DNA from: Candidatus Parcubacteria bacterium
Lineage (GTDB): Bacteria > Patescibacteriota > Minisyncoccia > UBA6257 > HR35
Assembly (NCBI GenBank): GCA_026004495.1
Contig: BPJG01000001.1
Span: 208,750-272,749 of the forward strand
DNA: 64,000 bases
Direction of reading: 5' to 3'
Part shown: one piece after another, positions 30,141-41,166 of the stretch
Position numbering within the stretch: position 1 is the stretch's first letter
Layout of the letters: each line of letters starts with the position of its first letter
Made by a program: the position numbers and the translations under genes
The notes under the pieces: model-generated
What the model saw: only the letters and a program-made list of their open reading frames with translations
What the model was told of the DNA's origin: nothing
The model's database searches: none

Positions 30141-31037
30141 TCAAATATTTTTACAGATTTCTATTCCCTCTTCTAAGCTAATTTTTGGTTTCCACCCTAA
30201 AATTTTTCGTGCCAAGGAATTATCACCCAAAGTATGCCGTGGTTCTCCTTTTCTTTTTGGTAAATAATTTTTTTTGCCACCAATTAATTTAGCAACATAA
30301 TTGATTGAATGATTTTTACCATAACAAATATTAATTACTTCTCCTTTGCCAACCCTTTTACTTTTCATTGCTAAAATATTTGCTTCAATAACATCATCAA
30401 TATAAGTAAAATCTCTTGTTTGTTTGCCATCGCCATAAATTGTTAATGGCTTTCCTTCTTTTTTAAGTTTTAAAAATCTTCCAATAACCAAAGCATAGGG
30501 ACCTTCTGGATCCATTCTTGGACCATAAACATTAAAATATCTTAGAGAAACAGTTTCTAAATCATATAAACTTGAAAATAATTTGCAATAATATTCACCC
30601 ACTAATTTTTGTAAGGCATAAGGAGAAAGCGGATTAGGAACCATCGATTCTCTTAAGGGCAAGTTTTTTTGTTCTCCATAAACCGAAGAACTTGAAGAAT
30701 AAATTACTCTTTTAGCTTTATTTTTATCACTAGCATAAAGAACATTTAAGGTGCCATCAATATTGACTCTATGAGTTTCAATTGGTTTATCAATTGAAAG
30801 ATGTACTCTTGGCAAAGCGGCTGTATGGAAAACATAATCAACTCCTTTAAATAAAGGTAAAATTTTATCCAAATTACAAATATCAACTTTATAAAAAATA
30901 GCTTTAGGATTTAAATTTTCTTTTTTACCACCAGAAAGATTATCAATCACGATAACTTTATATCCTTCTTTAATCAATCTATCAACTAAATGACTGCCAA
31001 TAAATCCTGCTCCACCCGTAACTAAAATCTTTGCCAT
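30141..31037 (-). CDS. NAD-dependent nucleotide-sugar epimerase/dehydratase
   Basis: VTGGAGFIGSH, SSSSVYG, YALQK, LRYFNVYGP, GDGKQTRDF. Confidence 0.95.
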   Translation of the reverse strand: MAKILVTGGAGFIGSHLVDRLIKEGYKVIVIDNLSGGKKENLNPKAIFYKVDICNLDKILPLFKGVDYVFHTAALPRVHLSIDKPIETHRVNIDGTLNVLYASDKNKAKRVIYSSSSSVYGEQKNLPLRESMVPNPLSPYALQKLVGEYYCKLFSSLYDLETVSLRYFNVYGPRMDPEGPYALVIGRFLKLKKEGKPLTIYGDGKQTRDFTYIDDVIEANILAMKSKRVGKGEVINICYGKNHSINYVAKLIGGKKNYLPKRKGEPRHTLGDNSLARKILGWKPKISLEEGIEICKNI

Positions 31038-31080
31038 AATTAAATTATAATATATCTTGCTATTTTGATAAAATTAAATT

Positions 31081-32163
31081 ATGAAAGTTTTAATTGTGAT
31101 CACACAAGGAGTAGTCGGAGGAGCGACAAATTCTGTTTATTTTTTAGCAAAAGGCTTAAAAGAAAAAAACATTGATGTTAAAGTTGGTTTTGGCGAAGGA
31201 GAATATTTGAAAGAAAAATTAGAAAAAGAAAATATTCCTTATATAAATTTTAAATGGCTGAAAAGAACCCATAATCCTTTAGCAAATTTATTTTTTATTT
31301 TTGAAATAAAAAGATTTTTAGATAAAAAAAAATTTGATGTTGTTCATTTTAATTCAACCAATGCTTTATTTGGATCTATTGGAGCAAAATTTTCTAAATC
31401 AAAACCAAAAACAATTTTTACTTTTCGCGGACTTTCAATTTTAGATCCTTATTATCAAAAAAATAAAATTTTAAAAACTATTTATTGGTGTATTTTTAAA
31501 TTTTTGCTTTTATTTATTGATGTTCCTGTCTTTGTCTCAAATCATAATTTAGAAATAACCAAAAAAATGAAATTAACTAATAAGGGAGTCGTAATTTATA
31601 ATGGAATTCCTGAGCCAGAATTTTTGGATAAAGAAACCTCAAAAAAATTTTTTGAAGAAAAATTAAAAATACCACTTGCAAATAAATTTATAATTGGATC
31701 AATTGGAAGGTTAGATTATCAAAAAAATTATGAATTTTTAATCCAAATTTTTCCTGAAATTCTAAAAACAAAAGAAAATGCAATTGCTATTATTATTGGC
31801 GAAGGAGAAGAAAGAAAAAAATATGAAAACTTAATTAAAAAACATAATTTACAAGATAAATTCTTTTTAATTGGCGAAATAAAAGATGCTTCAAGATATT
31901 TAAAAGCTTTTGATTCATTTGTTTTACCTTCTCGCTATGAAGGAATGTCAATAACTTTAATTGAAGCCTTATTTGCCCAAATTCCAATTTTAGCATCAGA
32001 TGTTGGAGGAAATAAAGAAATTATAGGAGAAAAATGTATATATGAATTTAATAATCAAAATGAATTTTTAACTAAATCTAAAAATCCCCAAATTCCACCA
32101 AAAGAAAAAATAAATGATTTTGAGATTAAAAACACAATTGATAATTATTTAAAAATTTACTAA
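31081..32163 (+). CDS. Glycosyltransferase family 4
   Basis: IGRLDYQKN, FVLPSRYEG, IEAL, SDVGG. Confidence 0.93.
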   Translation: MKVLIVITQGVVGGATNSVYFLAKGLKEKNIDVKVGFGEGEYLKEKLEKENIPYINFKWLKRTHNPLANLFFIFEIKRFLDKKKFDVVHFNSTNALFGSIGAKFSKSKPKTIFTFRGLSILDPYYQKNKILKTIYWCIFKFLLLFIDVPVFVSNHNLEITKKMKLTNKGVVIYNGIPEPEFLDKETSKKFFEEKLKIPLANKFIIGSIGRLDYQKNYEFLIQIFPEILKTKENAIAIIIGEGEERKKYENLIKKHNLQDKFFLIGEIKDASRYLKAFDSFVLPSRYEGMSITLIEALFAQIPILASDVGGNKEIIGEKCIYEFNNQNEFLTKSKNPQIPPKEKINDFEIKNTIDNYLKIY

Positions 32164-34043
32164 AGATAACGATTAGCCCATAATTGGAACATCAATAAAA
32201 ACCAAATTTTATTACTATTTTCCTTCCCTAAATAAAAATTTGTTTTTAGCTTATCAATAAAATCATAATTTAAAACATTATTTTGCTTGATAATATCTCT
32301 AGTTGTTAATTCATCTAATAACTTCTTAAGCTCAATTTTCAACCATTCATCTTGCGGAATTCCAAAGCCATGCTTTGGTCTTTCAAAAAGTTCTCTGGGG
32401 AGATATTTTGCTAAAAGTTTTTTCAATATATATTTGCCTGAATTTTTAGTAAATTTATATTTTAGCGGCAATGGTGCGACAAATTCTAAAATTTTATGAT
32501 CTAATAAGGGTTCTCTTGTCTCTAGAGCAACTGCCATACTCGCTCGATCAACTTTTACTAAAATATCTTCTGATAAGTAATATTTAGCATCAATCAACAT
32601 CCATTGCATTAATTTTGGCAACTTGGTTAATTTATTGTTTTCAATTGAAAAATTTATTTCACTACTTATTCTAAAATCAGGATTAACTAATTGGTTATAA
32701 TCATCTAAAAAATAGCTTGAAATATAAGAAAATCCCTCGTTAATATTTTTATATCTTAATAATTTCGAAGATTTTTCAATTCGATGTTGATTTTCACCTT
32801 TAACTTTCAAAATAAGCCTCCAAAATGGTTCTAAAAATTTATTAAAAACTAATCTATTTTCAAAAACAATTCTAAATATCCAATAACGATCATAACCACC
32901 AAAAAATTCATCTCCGCCATCACCACTTAAAATAACTTTAACTTTCTCACGAGCGATTTTTGAAACTAAATGAGTTGGAATGGCTGAAGAATCACCAAAT
33001 GGTTCATCATAAATTTCAGGTAATTTAGGAATAATTTCTAAAGCTTCATTAATTGAACAAAACATTTCAGTATGATCTGTACCTAAATATTCAGCAATTT
33101 TTTTAGCCCATTTGCTTTCATCATATTTTGTTTCATAAAAGCCAATCGTAAATGTTTTTAATTTTTGGGATATATTTCTTTGAAGTAAAGCAGTAACAGT
33201 TGAAGAATCAATACCTCCACTTAAAAATACACCAACAGGGACATCTGAAACCAATCTTAATTTAAAAGATTCAATTAAGATTTGCTCTAAATTTTCAATT
33301 AATTCATTTTCATCAAAATTTTTATCTTTGATCTCAAAATATTTTTCATAAACTTTACCTAAATCCCAATATTTTTCTTTTTTGAGATTTTTATTTTTAT
33401 CAATAATTAAATAACTGCCTGTTTCTAACTTATAAACATTCTGCCAAATCGAATAAGGATAAAAAATATAACCATATCTAAAAAATAAAAACAAACCCTC
33501 TTTACTAATTTCTTTTTTAAATTTGGGGTGCTTTAAAAATGCCTTAGTTTCAGAAGCGAACATAAAAAGTCCATTCGAAAAATAATAATATAATGGTTTC
33601 ACTCCAATTCTATCTCTAATTAAAATTAGTTCTTCCCTTCTCTTATCCCAAATAGCAATCGCAAACATGCCTCTAAATTTTGAAAGACAATCTAATCTCC
33701 AATGCTTATAAGCATAAATAATTACTTCCGTATCAGAATTAGACTTAAATTTATAACCAAAACCTTCTAATTCTTTTTTTATTTCTTGAAAATTATAAAT
33801 TTCGCCATTAAACACTACAACAATTTCATTTTTATCATCAATCATTGGCTGATGGCCTAAGGGCGACAAATCTAAAATTGAAAGTCTTCTATTTGCCAAT
33901 CCTAAACCTAAATCTTTTTCAAGATAATTTCCAGCATCATCAGGTCCTCCATGTTTTAAAACATCTCTCATTTGAGTCAAAACATTATCTAAATCATATT
34001 CTCCCTTATAATTAAAATCCCAAAATCCTGTTATACGGCACAT
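32160..34043 (-). CDS. asnB: AsnB-family glutamine-dependent amidotransferase (probably glycan amidation)
   Basis: N-terminal Cys, RRLSILDLS, NGEIYN, RDRIGVKPLY, LSGGIDSS, SGDGGDE, KVDRASMA. Confidence 0.93.
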   Translation of the reverse strand: MCRITGFWDFNYKGEYDLDNVLTQMRDVLKHGGPDDAGNYLEKDLGLGLANRRLSILDLSPLGHQPMIDDKNEIVVVFNGEIYNFQEIKKELEGFGYKFKSNSDTEVIIYAYKHWRLDCLSKFRGMFAIAIWDKRREELILIRDRIGVKPLYYYFSNGLFMFASETKAFLKHPKFKKEISKEGLFLFFRYGYIFYPYSIWQNVYKLETGSYLIIDKNKNLKKEKYWDLGKVYEKYFEIKDKNFDENELIENLEQILIESFKLRLVSDVPVGVFLSGGIDSSTVTALLQRNISQKLKTFTIGFYETKYDESKWAKKIAEYLGTDHTEMFCSINEALEIIPKLPEIYDEPFGDSSAIPTHLVSKIAREKVKVILSGDGGDEFFGGYDRYWIFRIVFENRLVFNKFLEPFWRLILKVKGENQHRIEKSSKLLRYKNINEGFSYISSYFLDDYNQLVNPDFRISSEINFSIENNKLTKLPKLMQWMLIDAKYYLSEDILVKVDRASMAVALETREPLLDHKILEFVAPLPLKYKFTKNSGKYILKKLLAKYLPRELFERPKHGFGIPQDEWLKIELKKLLDELTTRDIIKQNNVLNYDFIDKLKTNFYLGKENSNKIWFLLMFQLWANRYL

Positions 34044-34083
34044 GAATACATTATACTTTTTATTTTTTCAAAATACTTTTTCC

Positions 34084-35280
34084 CTATATTATCTCCTTCC
34101 ATTTTAAAATAATATTTTTAATATCAAAATCTTTTGCTCTTTCAATGCTTAAATTTTTATACTTTTCAACTAAATAATTATTATTTAAAACTTTTTTGAG
34201 TGTTTCGATCCACATTTTTTCTTCGATTGTTAAATCATCTTTATGGTTTAAAAATCTATTTTGAAAAATAGGCATTAAAATTCCATACTGAGCAAATTCT
34301 GGTTCTTTAGTTTGAAAATTAAAATCAGTATCAGGAGCCAAAATCTCTCTTGGACCTGTACGACAATCAGAAGAAACTACCGGAACGCCATAAGCCATTG
34401 TTTCTACTAAAGCATTGGGGAAACCCTCAAATAAACTTGGAAAAATAAAAGCTTTAGAGTGAGCAATAAATTTATAAGGATTATTTTGAAAGCCTAAGAA
34501 ATAGACATCATAATCTTTAGTTAAATCATTTCTATCCCAAACAAAAGTTTTTAAATTAAGTCTTTGAGATAACTCAACTAAATAATTTTTTAATTCTCCT
34601 TCGCCTAAAATCACAAGTTTCAAATTAGGGAATTCTTTTTTAACTTCTTTAAAAATCCTTAATAAATACCATTGACCTTTTTGCTTAGTTAATCTACCTA
34701 CATTAATTAAGACTTCTTTTTGAAAAATAATCTCATATTCATCTAAAGGTTCTTTTATTTTTTCTTGAATTTCATTAAAGAAGATTGGATTATATATTAC
34801 CTTAATTTTTTCGGATGAAATGCTGAATGTTTTTATTAATTCATCTTTTATACCTTCTGAAACTGCTACAATTAAATTTGCTTTAGGATATAAAAATTTC
34901 GAAAGCAAATTATAAGGATGCAATTTAAATCTACCAAAAATTTGAGACATCCGAATTGAAACAATAGTTTTGTGCTTAGTAATTAAAGAAGTTAAAATAT
35001 TAACATAATTGCTTCTCTCTAAAAAAGAAATAATTACATCATCTGGATTAAGATATTTTTTAAGTCTTAAAGAATGAATAGGGATAAATAAAGTTTTCAA
35101 AATAGCATTTGTTTTGTAATTGTGTTTTAATAAAAAAACTACTTTTTCCTTAGGCACTTCATATTTTATATCTTTTTCTAAAAGAAATATTTTGTCAAAA
35201 TCTAAAGTTCGGAATAAATTAAAAGCAACTTTTTCTGCCCCACCGCCATAAAGTGAATTTATTAAAATAAATTTTTTCAT
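34084..35280 (-). CDS. Glycosyltransferase family 4
   Basis: GGGAEKV, VGRLTKQKG, SLFEGFPNALVE, SDCRTGPREIL. Confidence 0.93.
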   Translation of the reverse strand: MKKFILINSLYGGGAEKVAFNLFRTLDFDKIFLLEKDIKYEVPKEKVVFLLKHNYKTNAILKTLFIPIHSLRLKKYLNPDDVIISFLERSNYVNILTSLITKHKTIVSIRMSQIFGRFKLHPYNLLSKFLYPKANLIVAVSEGIKDELIKTFSISSEKIKVIYNPIFFNEIQEKIKEPLDEYEIIFQKEVLINVGRLTKQKGQWYLLRIFKEVKKEFPNLKLVILGEGELKNYLVELSQRLNLKTFVWDRNDLTKDYDVYFLGFQNNPYKFIAHSKAFIFPSLFEGFPNALVETMAYGVPVVSSDCRTGPREILAPDTDFNFQTKEPEFAQYGILMPIFQNRFLNHKDDLTIEEKMWIETLKKVLNNNYLVEKYKNLSIERAKDFDIKNIILKWKEII

Positions 35281-36227
35281 TTAATTTTACCTTGAAAATA
35301 AATATGAGCACCTTGAATAAAAGGATAAATAAAAAGTGAAATCGGGATTAGAAAAAGGGTCCTAAAAAATTTTAAAGTTTTAATAAGATTATTTTTAAAA
35401 AGCTTATTCTTATTGTTTTTGTTTAAATAAATTTTTTCTCTTAATTTCTTTTTTAAATTAAAAGTATATTTACCAAATAACCAAATTTCTATAAGAGTTG
35501 CGATTTCAGTCAAACTTTTAGTATCGCTAATTTCGACAGAAAATCCCTGATGTTCAAAAAAATTTTTCAAAACCTTTTTAGAAAATCTCAAGAAATGATG
35601 AGGTGGTAAATCTGTTTTGTCATATTTACCTTGATATAAATTAATAAAAACTGACTCTCTATTAGGCACTGTTCCAACAATATAACCCTCTGGTTTTAAT
35701 AATATTTTTATTTGTTCTAAAAATTCTTTAGGTTTATCTTGATGTTCTAAAACTTCAAAAAATGTGATAACATCAAATTTCAAATCTTTTTCTTTAGCCA
35801 AATCAACAAATTCTTCTAAGCTCATCGGAAATACATTTTTTAAACCAAATTTATTTTTTGCCACTTCAATACTTTTTTTATCAAAATCAATGCCCCAGAC
35901 TTCAAATCCTAATTTTTGAGCCTCTTTTATAAAAACTCCATCACCACAACCTATATCTAATAACCTACCTTGATTTAAGAAAAATTTTTTGAAAAATGGG
36001 ATATGCCATTCTTGAATGTTTCTAATACCTGCATGATATAAATCATAAGCAATTTCACCTTCCTCTTCATAAAATTCTGGAATAATTTTTAAAGGCTCCC
36101 ACCATTCTCCGTCGCAATTTAGGCAATGATAAAGTTTATATTCTTGATTATTAAAATCAGAAATATATTTTTCTAAATATTTATCTGAATTTATTTCAAA
36201 ATCACATAATGGACATTTGTATTTCAT
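35277..36227 (-). CDS. Class I SAM methyltransferase with N-terminal CxxC pair
   Basis: CPLC...CLNC, LLDIGCGDG, FDVITFFEVLEH, PPHH. Confidence 0.9.
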   Translation of the reverse strand: MKYKCPLCDFEINSDKYLEKYISDFNNQEYKLYHCLNCDGEWWEPLKIIPEFYEEEGEIAYDLYHAGIRNIQEWHIPFFKKFFLNQGRLLDIGCGDGVFIKEAQKLGFEVWGIDFDKKSIEVAKNKFGLKNVFPMSLEEFVDLAKEKDLKFDVITFFEVLEHQDKPKEFLEQIKILLKPEGYIVGTVPNRESVFINLYQGKYDKTDLPPHHFLRFSKKVLKNFFEHQGFSVEISDTKSLTEIATLIEIWLFGKYTFNLKKKLREKIYLNKNNKNKLFKNNLIKTLKFFRTLFLIPISLFIYPFIQGAHIYFQGKIK

Positions 36228-37000
36228 TTTTGAAAAAAACTTAATGTTTTATAAGTCATAATTTTTATGATTGTCGAAATTAATTTGAAAGGACAATTTT
36301 TAAATAAATCTTTATAAAAATTTTTAAAAAATAAATAATGAACTGTTGCTAATCTTTTATAGTTTTTACTTTTAACCGATAATCTGTCTTCTAATTTATT
36401 ATTGTAAATTCTTGCAATTTTATTAGAAAAATAAGCTCTATATCCTCTTTTTAGAATTTTAATCCAAGTAATAGCTTCTCCTCCTTTTATGTTTTCTATA
36501 AATTTTTCTTCTAAAAAAACTTCTTTTTTAATTATAGGCAGAGCCTCGCCTTTAATTTTACATATAAAATCTTTATAAGTTAAATAGCCTTCATAATTTT
36601 TAATATTTATAGGTATATTACCATCTAAATCTTTGCAAGCAAAAATAAAAAAAGAAACATCAGGCAATTTTTGGATATAACTATAAATAATTTCTAAAGC
36701 ATCGACTGTTAATTCATCATCTGAATCTAAAAAAATTAACCAATCACCAATCGCTTTTTCTGAGCCAAAATTACGGGCAACATTAGGGCTTGAATTCCTT
36801 TCTAATTTAAAATATTTTATTTTTGATGATTGTTGTAAATATTTCTGCACCACATCCTTAGTATTATCTATTGATCCATCGTCAACAATTATCATTTCCC
36901 AATTATCAAAATTTTGTCTTAAGACACTTTCAATCGATTTATTAATTATGTAAACTCGATTATAAGTAGGGGTAATGATACTAAAAAATGCTCTATTCAT
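36224..37000 (-). CDS. Glycosyltransferase family 2
   Basis: SIITPTYNR, IVDDGS, ARNFG, FLDSDD. Confidence 0.93.
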   Translation of the reverse strand: MNRAFFSIITPTYNRVYIINKSIESVLRQNFDNWEMIIVDDGSIDNTKDVVQKYLQQSSKIKYFKLERNSSPNVARNFGSEKAIGDWLIFLDSDDELTVDALEIIYSYIQKLPDVSFFIFACKDLDGNIPINIKNYEGYLTYKDFICKIKGEALPIIKKEVFLEEKFIENIKGGEAITWIKILKRGYRAYFSNKIARIYNNKLEDRLSVKSKNYKRLATVHYLFFKNFYKDLFKNCPFKLISTIIKIMTYKTLSFFQK

Positions 37001-37917
37001 TATTTTAAAAAAATAAAATTATCAAAACCATTGGTGATCAAAGATAAATCCCCATATTTTTCTTCTAATTCTCCATCTTTAGTAATGAAATAAGATTTAT
37101 AGTTCCAATCTCTTAATAAATTCACTGCTCTCATTGATAATTCACCATTATTATCTTTACCCCATACTTCTAAACAAATCATTGGAGAATTGTTTTTAAG
37201 AAATTTTTCTGCTCCTTTTAAAACTTCGTACTCTGCTCCCTCTACATCAATTTTTAAAAAAGTTGGCAGAGTGTGTTTTTCTTCGTAAATATATTTATCT
37301 AATGTGGTTGAAAATACCTCTTTTATGGTCAAATTTTTAAAATGTAAAATATTTGACTTAATAGAACTTAATCCATATAAATCACCAGGTATGTAAAGTT
37401 TTAGTAAGCCCTCTTTGCCTGATAAAGCAACTTCATTTATAAAAACATTATTTTTATCTTTTAAATTTAATCTTAGGCTTTCTATACATTCTTTTATTGG
37501 CTCAAAACTATGAACTTCTTTACAAAATTCTAAAGCTAAATACGTATAATAGCCAAAATTTGCTCCGATATCATAAAATACATCTTCTGATTTAAGATTT
37601 CTAATTAAAAATTTGGTTAATTTCAATTCATTCGAATCTCTTAAAAATCCAAAATACAACATCGAGCTACTCGAATTTCCTCCTTTCAAAATAATATCTT
37701 TTAATTTCAGAATTTTAATTTTCTTTTTAATTGGAAATAGTCTGAAGATTAAAAAAGAGAAAGTAGAAAAAGGAGAATACAAAAATCTTAATAAGTTTCT
37801 TTTAAAACGAGAAAATAAATCTATTCCCTGCCAGCCTTCTTTATTCCATTCCTGAAAAAACTTTTCAAAATTATCAATTTCTTTTAATAAAAATTTTCTT
37901 TTTTGATCCAAATACAT
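37000..37917 (-). CDS. FkbM-family methyltransferase
   Basis: FYDIGANFGYY, FEP, KIDVEGAE. Confidence 0.92.
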   Translation of the reverse strand: MYLDQKRKFLLKEIDNFEKFFQEWNKEGWQGIDLFSRFKRNLLRFLYSPFSTFSFLIFRLFPIKKKIKILKLKDIILKGGNSSSSMLYFGFLRDSNELKLTKFLIRNLKSEDVFYDIGANFGYYTYLALEFCKEVHSFEPIKECIESLRLNLKDKNNVFINEVALSGKEGLLKLYIPGDLYGLSSIKSNILHFKNLTIKEVFSTTLDKYIYEEKHTLPTFLKIDVEGAEYEVLKGAEKFLKNNSPMICLEVWGKDNNGELSMRAVNLLRDWNYKSYFITKDGELEEKYGDLSLITNGFDNFIFLK

Positions 37918-37929
37918 TTTTTAATTTTA

Positions 37930-38967
37930 TCAAAAAACATACCACTGAACAAAGTATTTATTTTGAAAATAGCCCTTTTTATCCTTGTAATAATCCCAAT
38001 CTATATTTTTAGAAATTAAAATTAATGGAATATCTCCTAGGGCTGAAGCTAAAATACTAAAACTACTTTGACAACCCAAAATTATACTAGTTTTTGATAA
38101 AAGCCATAAATCTTCTACTGGATTTTTAGTCAATGGCTTATAAATATTAAAACCAGAAAACTTTACTAGATCAACATCGCCATTAGAACAAATAACAAAA
38201 CAAACTTTATCAAGATTAAGGTTTATAAATTTACAAATTTCATTAAATGACTTTATTAATGTTTCGTAATCATTTATAGAAAAATAAAACAAAGGGTCAT
38301 TTTCATATTTCCAATCACCATCTAATAAATGTTCTTTTTGTCTTAAATGAACACCAATTAAATAATCATATTGTGTTCCTAATTCATTGATTATTTCATT
38401 TACTTTATTTATATATTTTTCTTTAGGTTTAAAGAATTCTAAAATCTCTTGGCGATATTTTTTTATACCTTCAGGATTACGAAATAGCCAACCAGAAAAA
38501 TAAATAATTTTTACTTTAGGATCATTCTCTAATTCTAATAGTTTGCCTTCCGATGGTTTTGTCGGTGGTAAAAGATATACATCTAATGGTGACCGAGGAA
38601 TAAGCCCAGCATAAATAAAATTTTTTCCCTTTACTATTTCTAAAATGAAATAAAAAATCAAATAAAGAAGTTTAAAAATTTTTCTGATTATATAAAAGCC
38701 TAATCGTCTTTTTCTAAAATTTAATGGTTCTAATATATCAGAAAAAAAATTAAAGCCTTTATAAAATACTAAGTCAATAAAAAAGTTCTTTATCTTAAAA
38801 TCAAAATATTTTGTATACTCATAAAATTTATAACTATCAAATTCATAGCCTTTCTCTAAGGCATAAGCCAGTAATGAAATATGAACCCAAAGCTGATTAG
38901 CTAATTGAGAATCATTATGTTTAACTAAAATAACTTTTTTACAGACGTGGGGTTTTTGTGAAAACAT
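37930..38967 (-). CDS. GT11 (alpha-1,2-fucosyltransferase)-like glycosyltransferase
   Basis: QLANQL, IGVHLRQ, EDLWLLSK..IILG..SSFS motifs of GT11. Confidence 0.75.
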   Translation of the reverse strand: MFSQKPHVCKKVILVKHNDSQLANQLWVHISLLAYALEKGYEFDSYKFYEYTKYFDFKIKNFFIDLVFYKGFNFFSDILEPLNFRKRRLGFYIIRKIFKLLYLIFYFILEIVKGKNFIYAGLIPRSPLDVYLLPPTKPSEGKLLELENDPKVKIIYFSGWLFRNPEGIKKYRQEILEFFKPKEKYINKVNEIINELGTQYDYLIGVHLRQKEHLLDGDWKYENDPLFYFSINDYETLIKSFNEICKFINLNLDKVCFVICSNGDVDLVKFSGFNIYKPLTKNPVEDLWLLSKTSIILGCQSSFSILASALGDIPLILISKNIDWDYYKDKKGYFQNKYFVQWYVF

Positions 38968-39919
38968 AGTTTAAATCATTATATTCCTTTAAATAGATTA
39001 TTTTTTTATCAACCTGTTCTAATTCTCCATCTAGATTAATTTTATAAACAAATTTAAATCCTAAATTTTCTAATATTTCCACTGCTTTATATGAAAGATT
39101 TTCTTTATCGCTCCATACTTCCATAATAATCAGCAAAGAAGATTCTGAACTTTCCAGAAAATTTTTAGCTCCTTTTAAAACTATACTTTCTGCACCTTCA
39201 ACATCTAATTTAATAATAGTAGGAGGATGATGATTTTCTAAATATCTATCTAAAGTTATTGTTTTAATTTTAATCGGTTCTTTTCTAAATATAGCCTTAC
39301 AGCTATCATAGACATTATTTACAATTGTAGAAGCTCCAGTGCCATATTTACCAACATAAATATTTGTATAACCTTCATTATCAGACAATGCGAGATTGTT
39401 TAAAAAACAGTTTGAATCATTAGCTAAATTTTCTTTAATATATTCAAAAATAAATGGGAGGGGTTCAAAAATATGCACTTCTTTACAAAAAATAGAGGCT
39501 AAATAGCTATAATAACCAATGTTTGCTCCGATATCATAAAATATATCTTCTGATTGTAGATTTTTTACTAAAAATTTAGTAAGTTTTATATCGGGTAGAG
39601 ATGGAGGGCATCCAAAATGTATAAGTAATAAGCTACTTAAATCGTCTAAAGGTAACTGGATTTCTTTCATATTAAAAATATGAGTATGTAGGCTTTTATT
39701 TCGTAAAATAAATTTAGGTATAATTCTATTCAAAATATTGATAATTAAGGCAGGTAAATAGAATTGAGGACAATTTAGTAGCTTTAATAATCTGTCTTTA
39801 ATCCTATAACTTCTTAAAGTTACTATCTTTTTTAAACAATCTGTATCTACTTTCTTTTGTAAATAATTTAGAATTAATTTTCTCTTATCTTCTATTTCCA
39901 TGATAAATTTCTCCAACAA
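38939..39919 (-). CDS. FkbM-family methyltransferase (paralog)
   Basis: FYDIGANIGYY, FEP, KLDVEGAE; start may be the ATG at 39901. Confidence 0.92.
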   Translation of the reverse strand: MLEKFIMEIEDKRKLILNYLQKKVDTDCLKKIVTLRSYRIKDRLLKLLNCPQFYLPALIINILNRIIPKFILRNKSLHTHIFNMKEIQLPLDDLSSLLLIHFGCPPSLPDIKLTKFLVKNLQSEDIFYDIGANIGYYSYLASIFCKEVHIFEPLPFIFEYIKENLANDSNCFLNNLALSDNEGYTNIYVGKYGTGASTIVNNVYDSCKAIFRKEPIKIKTITLDRYLENHHPPTIIKLDVEGAESIVLKGAKNFLESSESSLLIIMEVWSDKENLSYKAVEILENLGFKFVYKINLDGELEQVDKKIIYLKEYNDLNYVFTKTPRL

Positions 39920-41166
39920 TTAATTATTATTTTATTTTGGGGTAATTTTGATTTTATAATTTTATCTGGCAACATTAGAATTATAAGCTTGTTTTTTATA
40001 GCTGATTCTAGGTTATAAGCATAATCTATATCATTACTAAAAATTTTCTTCGTTTCTTCGGTGGCAAGTTCTATTGGATCATAAACTGTGATTTTGAGGT
40101 TTTTATTTTTCTTTAATAAATATTTTATCAAATTTATCGAAGCTGACTCTTCAATAACATAAGTTTTTGGTTTATAAGCTAAACCGATTATGGTTAAAGA
40201 TTTTAATTTATTTTCTTTTAAGATGCTTAAAATTTTGTCTCCTAAAAATTTTGTCTGAAACTCATTGATTTTATGCGCTGCCATAGGAATTAAGGCATCA
40301 ATTTTAGAAAATCTTTTAGCAAAATTATTGAAAGCTTTATTATCTCGAGGAAAGCAAGGACCGCCATAAGCAGTTCCATATCGAAAATAATAAGGGCCAA
40401 TTCTTTTATCTTTCCCCATCGCTTCAGTAATTTTATCAATTTCAGCACCAGGAATTCTTTCACAAATATTACCAAGCATATTAGCAAAACTAATTCTTGT
40501 TGTAATGTATGAATTAATTGCTATTTTTGTAATTTCAGCGCTAACAATTGACATTCGAGCTATAAATGGATTATTTAAACAAACTTTTTTCCATAAACTT
40601 TCAATAATATCACCTGCTTGTTTATTATTTTCTCCGATTAGAACTAAATCAGGTTCTAAAATTCCTTTGATAATATCTCCAATAGCAATAAAAGTCGGGT
40701 TATAAATAACAGTGAAATCTTGATTAAATTTTTTACCCGATAATTTTTCAATAAAAGGAATTATTTCATTTTGAGTTGAAAGTGGGCTTACAGTTGAAGT
40801 GATAGCAAAAATTTTAAATTGTTTAGCTTGTTTTAGATTGTCAGCTAATTGTTTGATTGCTTTTTTTAAATATTCATTAGAAAAACTTCCGTCTTTATTT
40901 GAAGGAGTTGGTACAATAAAAAAATAAATATCTGAAAAATTAAAAACTTCTTTAGGATCAGTCGTAGCCCTTAGTTTATTTTTAGATTTATCAATTAATC
41001 CTTGCAGGTTTGGTTCTAAAAATGGTGCCTGGTGATTATTTATTTTATTTACAATATTCTCATTAATATCACAACCTAAAACATTAAAACCGCGATAAGC
41101 AAAACAAGTGGCAAAACAACTTCCTAATTTTCCTAAACCGAATACTCCGATATTTTTTACTTTCAT
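39892..41166 (-). CDS. UDP-glucose/GDP-mannose 6-dehydrogenase family
   Basis: GLGKLG, IVPTPS, AEITKIAIN, YGGPCFPRD, GLAYKP. Confidence 0.92.
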   Translation of the reverse strand: MKVKNIGVFGLGKLGSCFATCFAYRGFNVLGCDINENIVNKINNHQAPFLEPNLQGLIDKSKNKLRATTDPKEVFNFSDIYFFIVPTPSNKDGSFSNEYLKKAIKQLADNLKQAKQFKIFAITSTVSPLSTQNEIIPFIEKLSGKKFNQDFTVIYNPTFIAIGDIIKGILEPDLVLIGENNKQAGDIIESLWKKVCLNNPFIARMSIVSAEITKIAINSYITTRISFANMLGNICERIPGAEIDKITEAMGKDKRIGPYYFRYGTAYGGPCFPRDNKAFNNFAKRFSKIDALIPMAAHKINEFQTKFLGDKILSILKENKLKSLTIIGLAYKPKTYVIEESASINLIKYLLKKNKNLKITVYDPIELATEETKKIFSNDIDYAYNLESAIKNKLIILMLPDKIIKSKLPQNKIIINCWRNLSWK

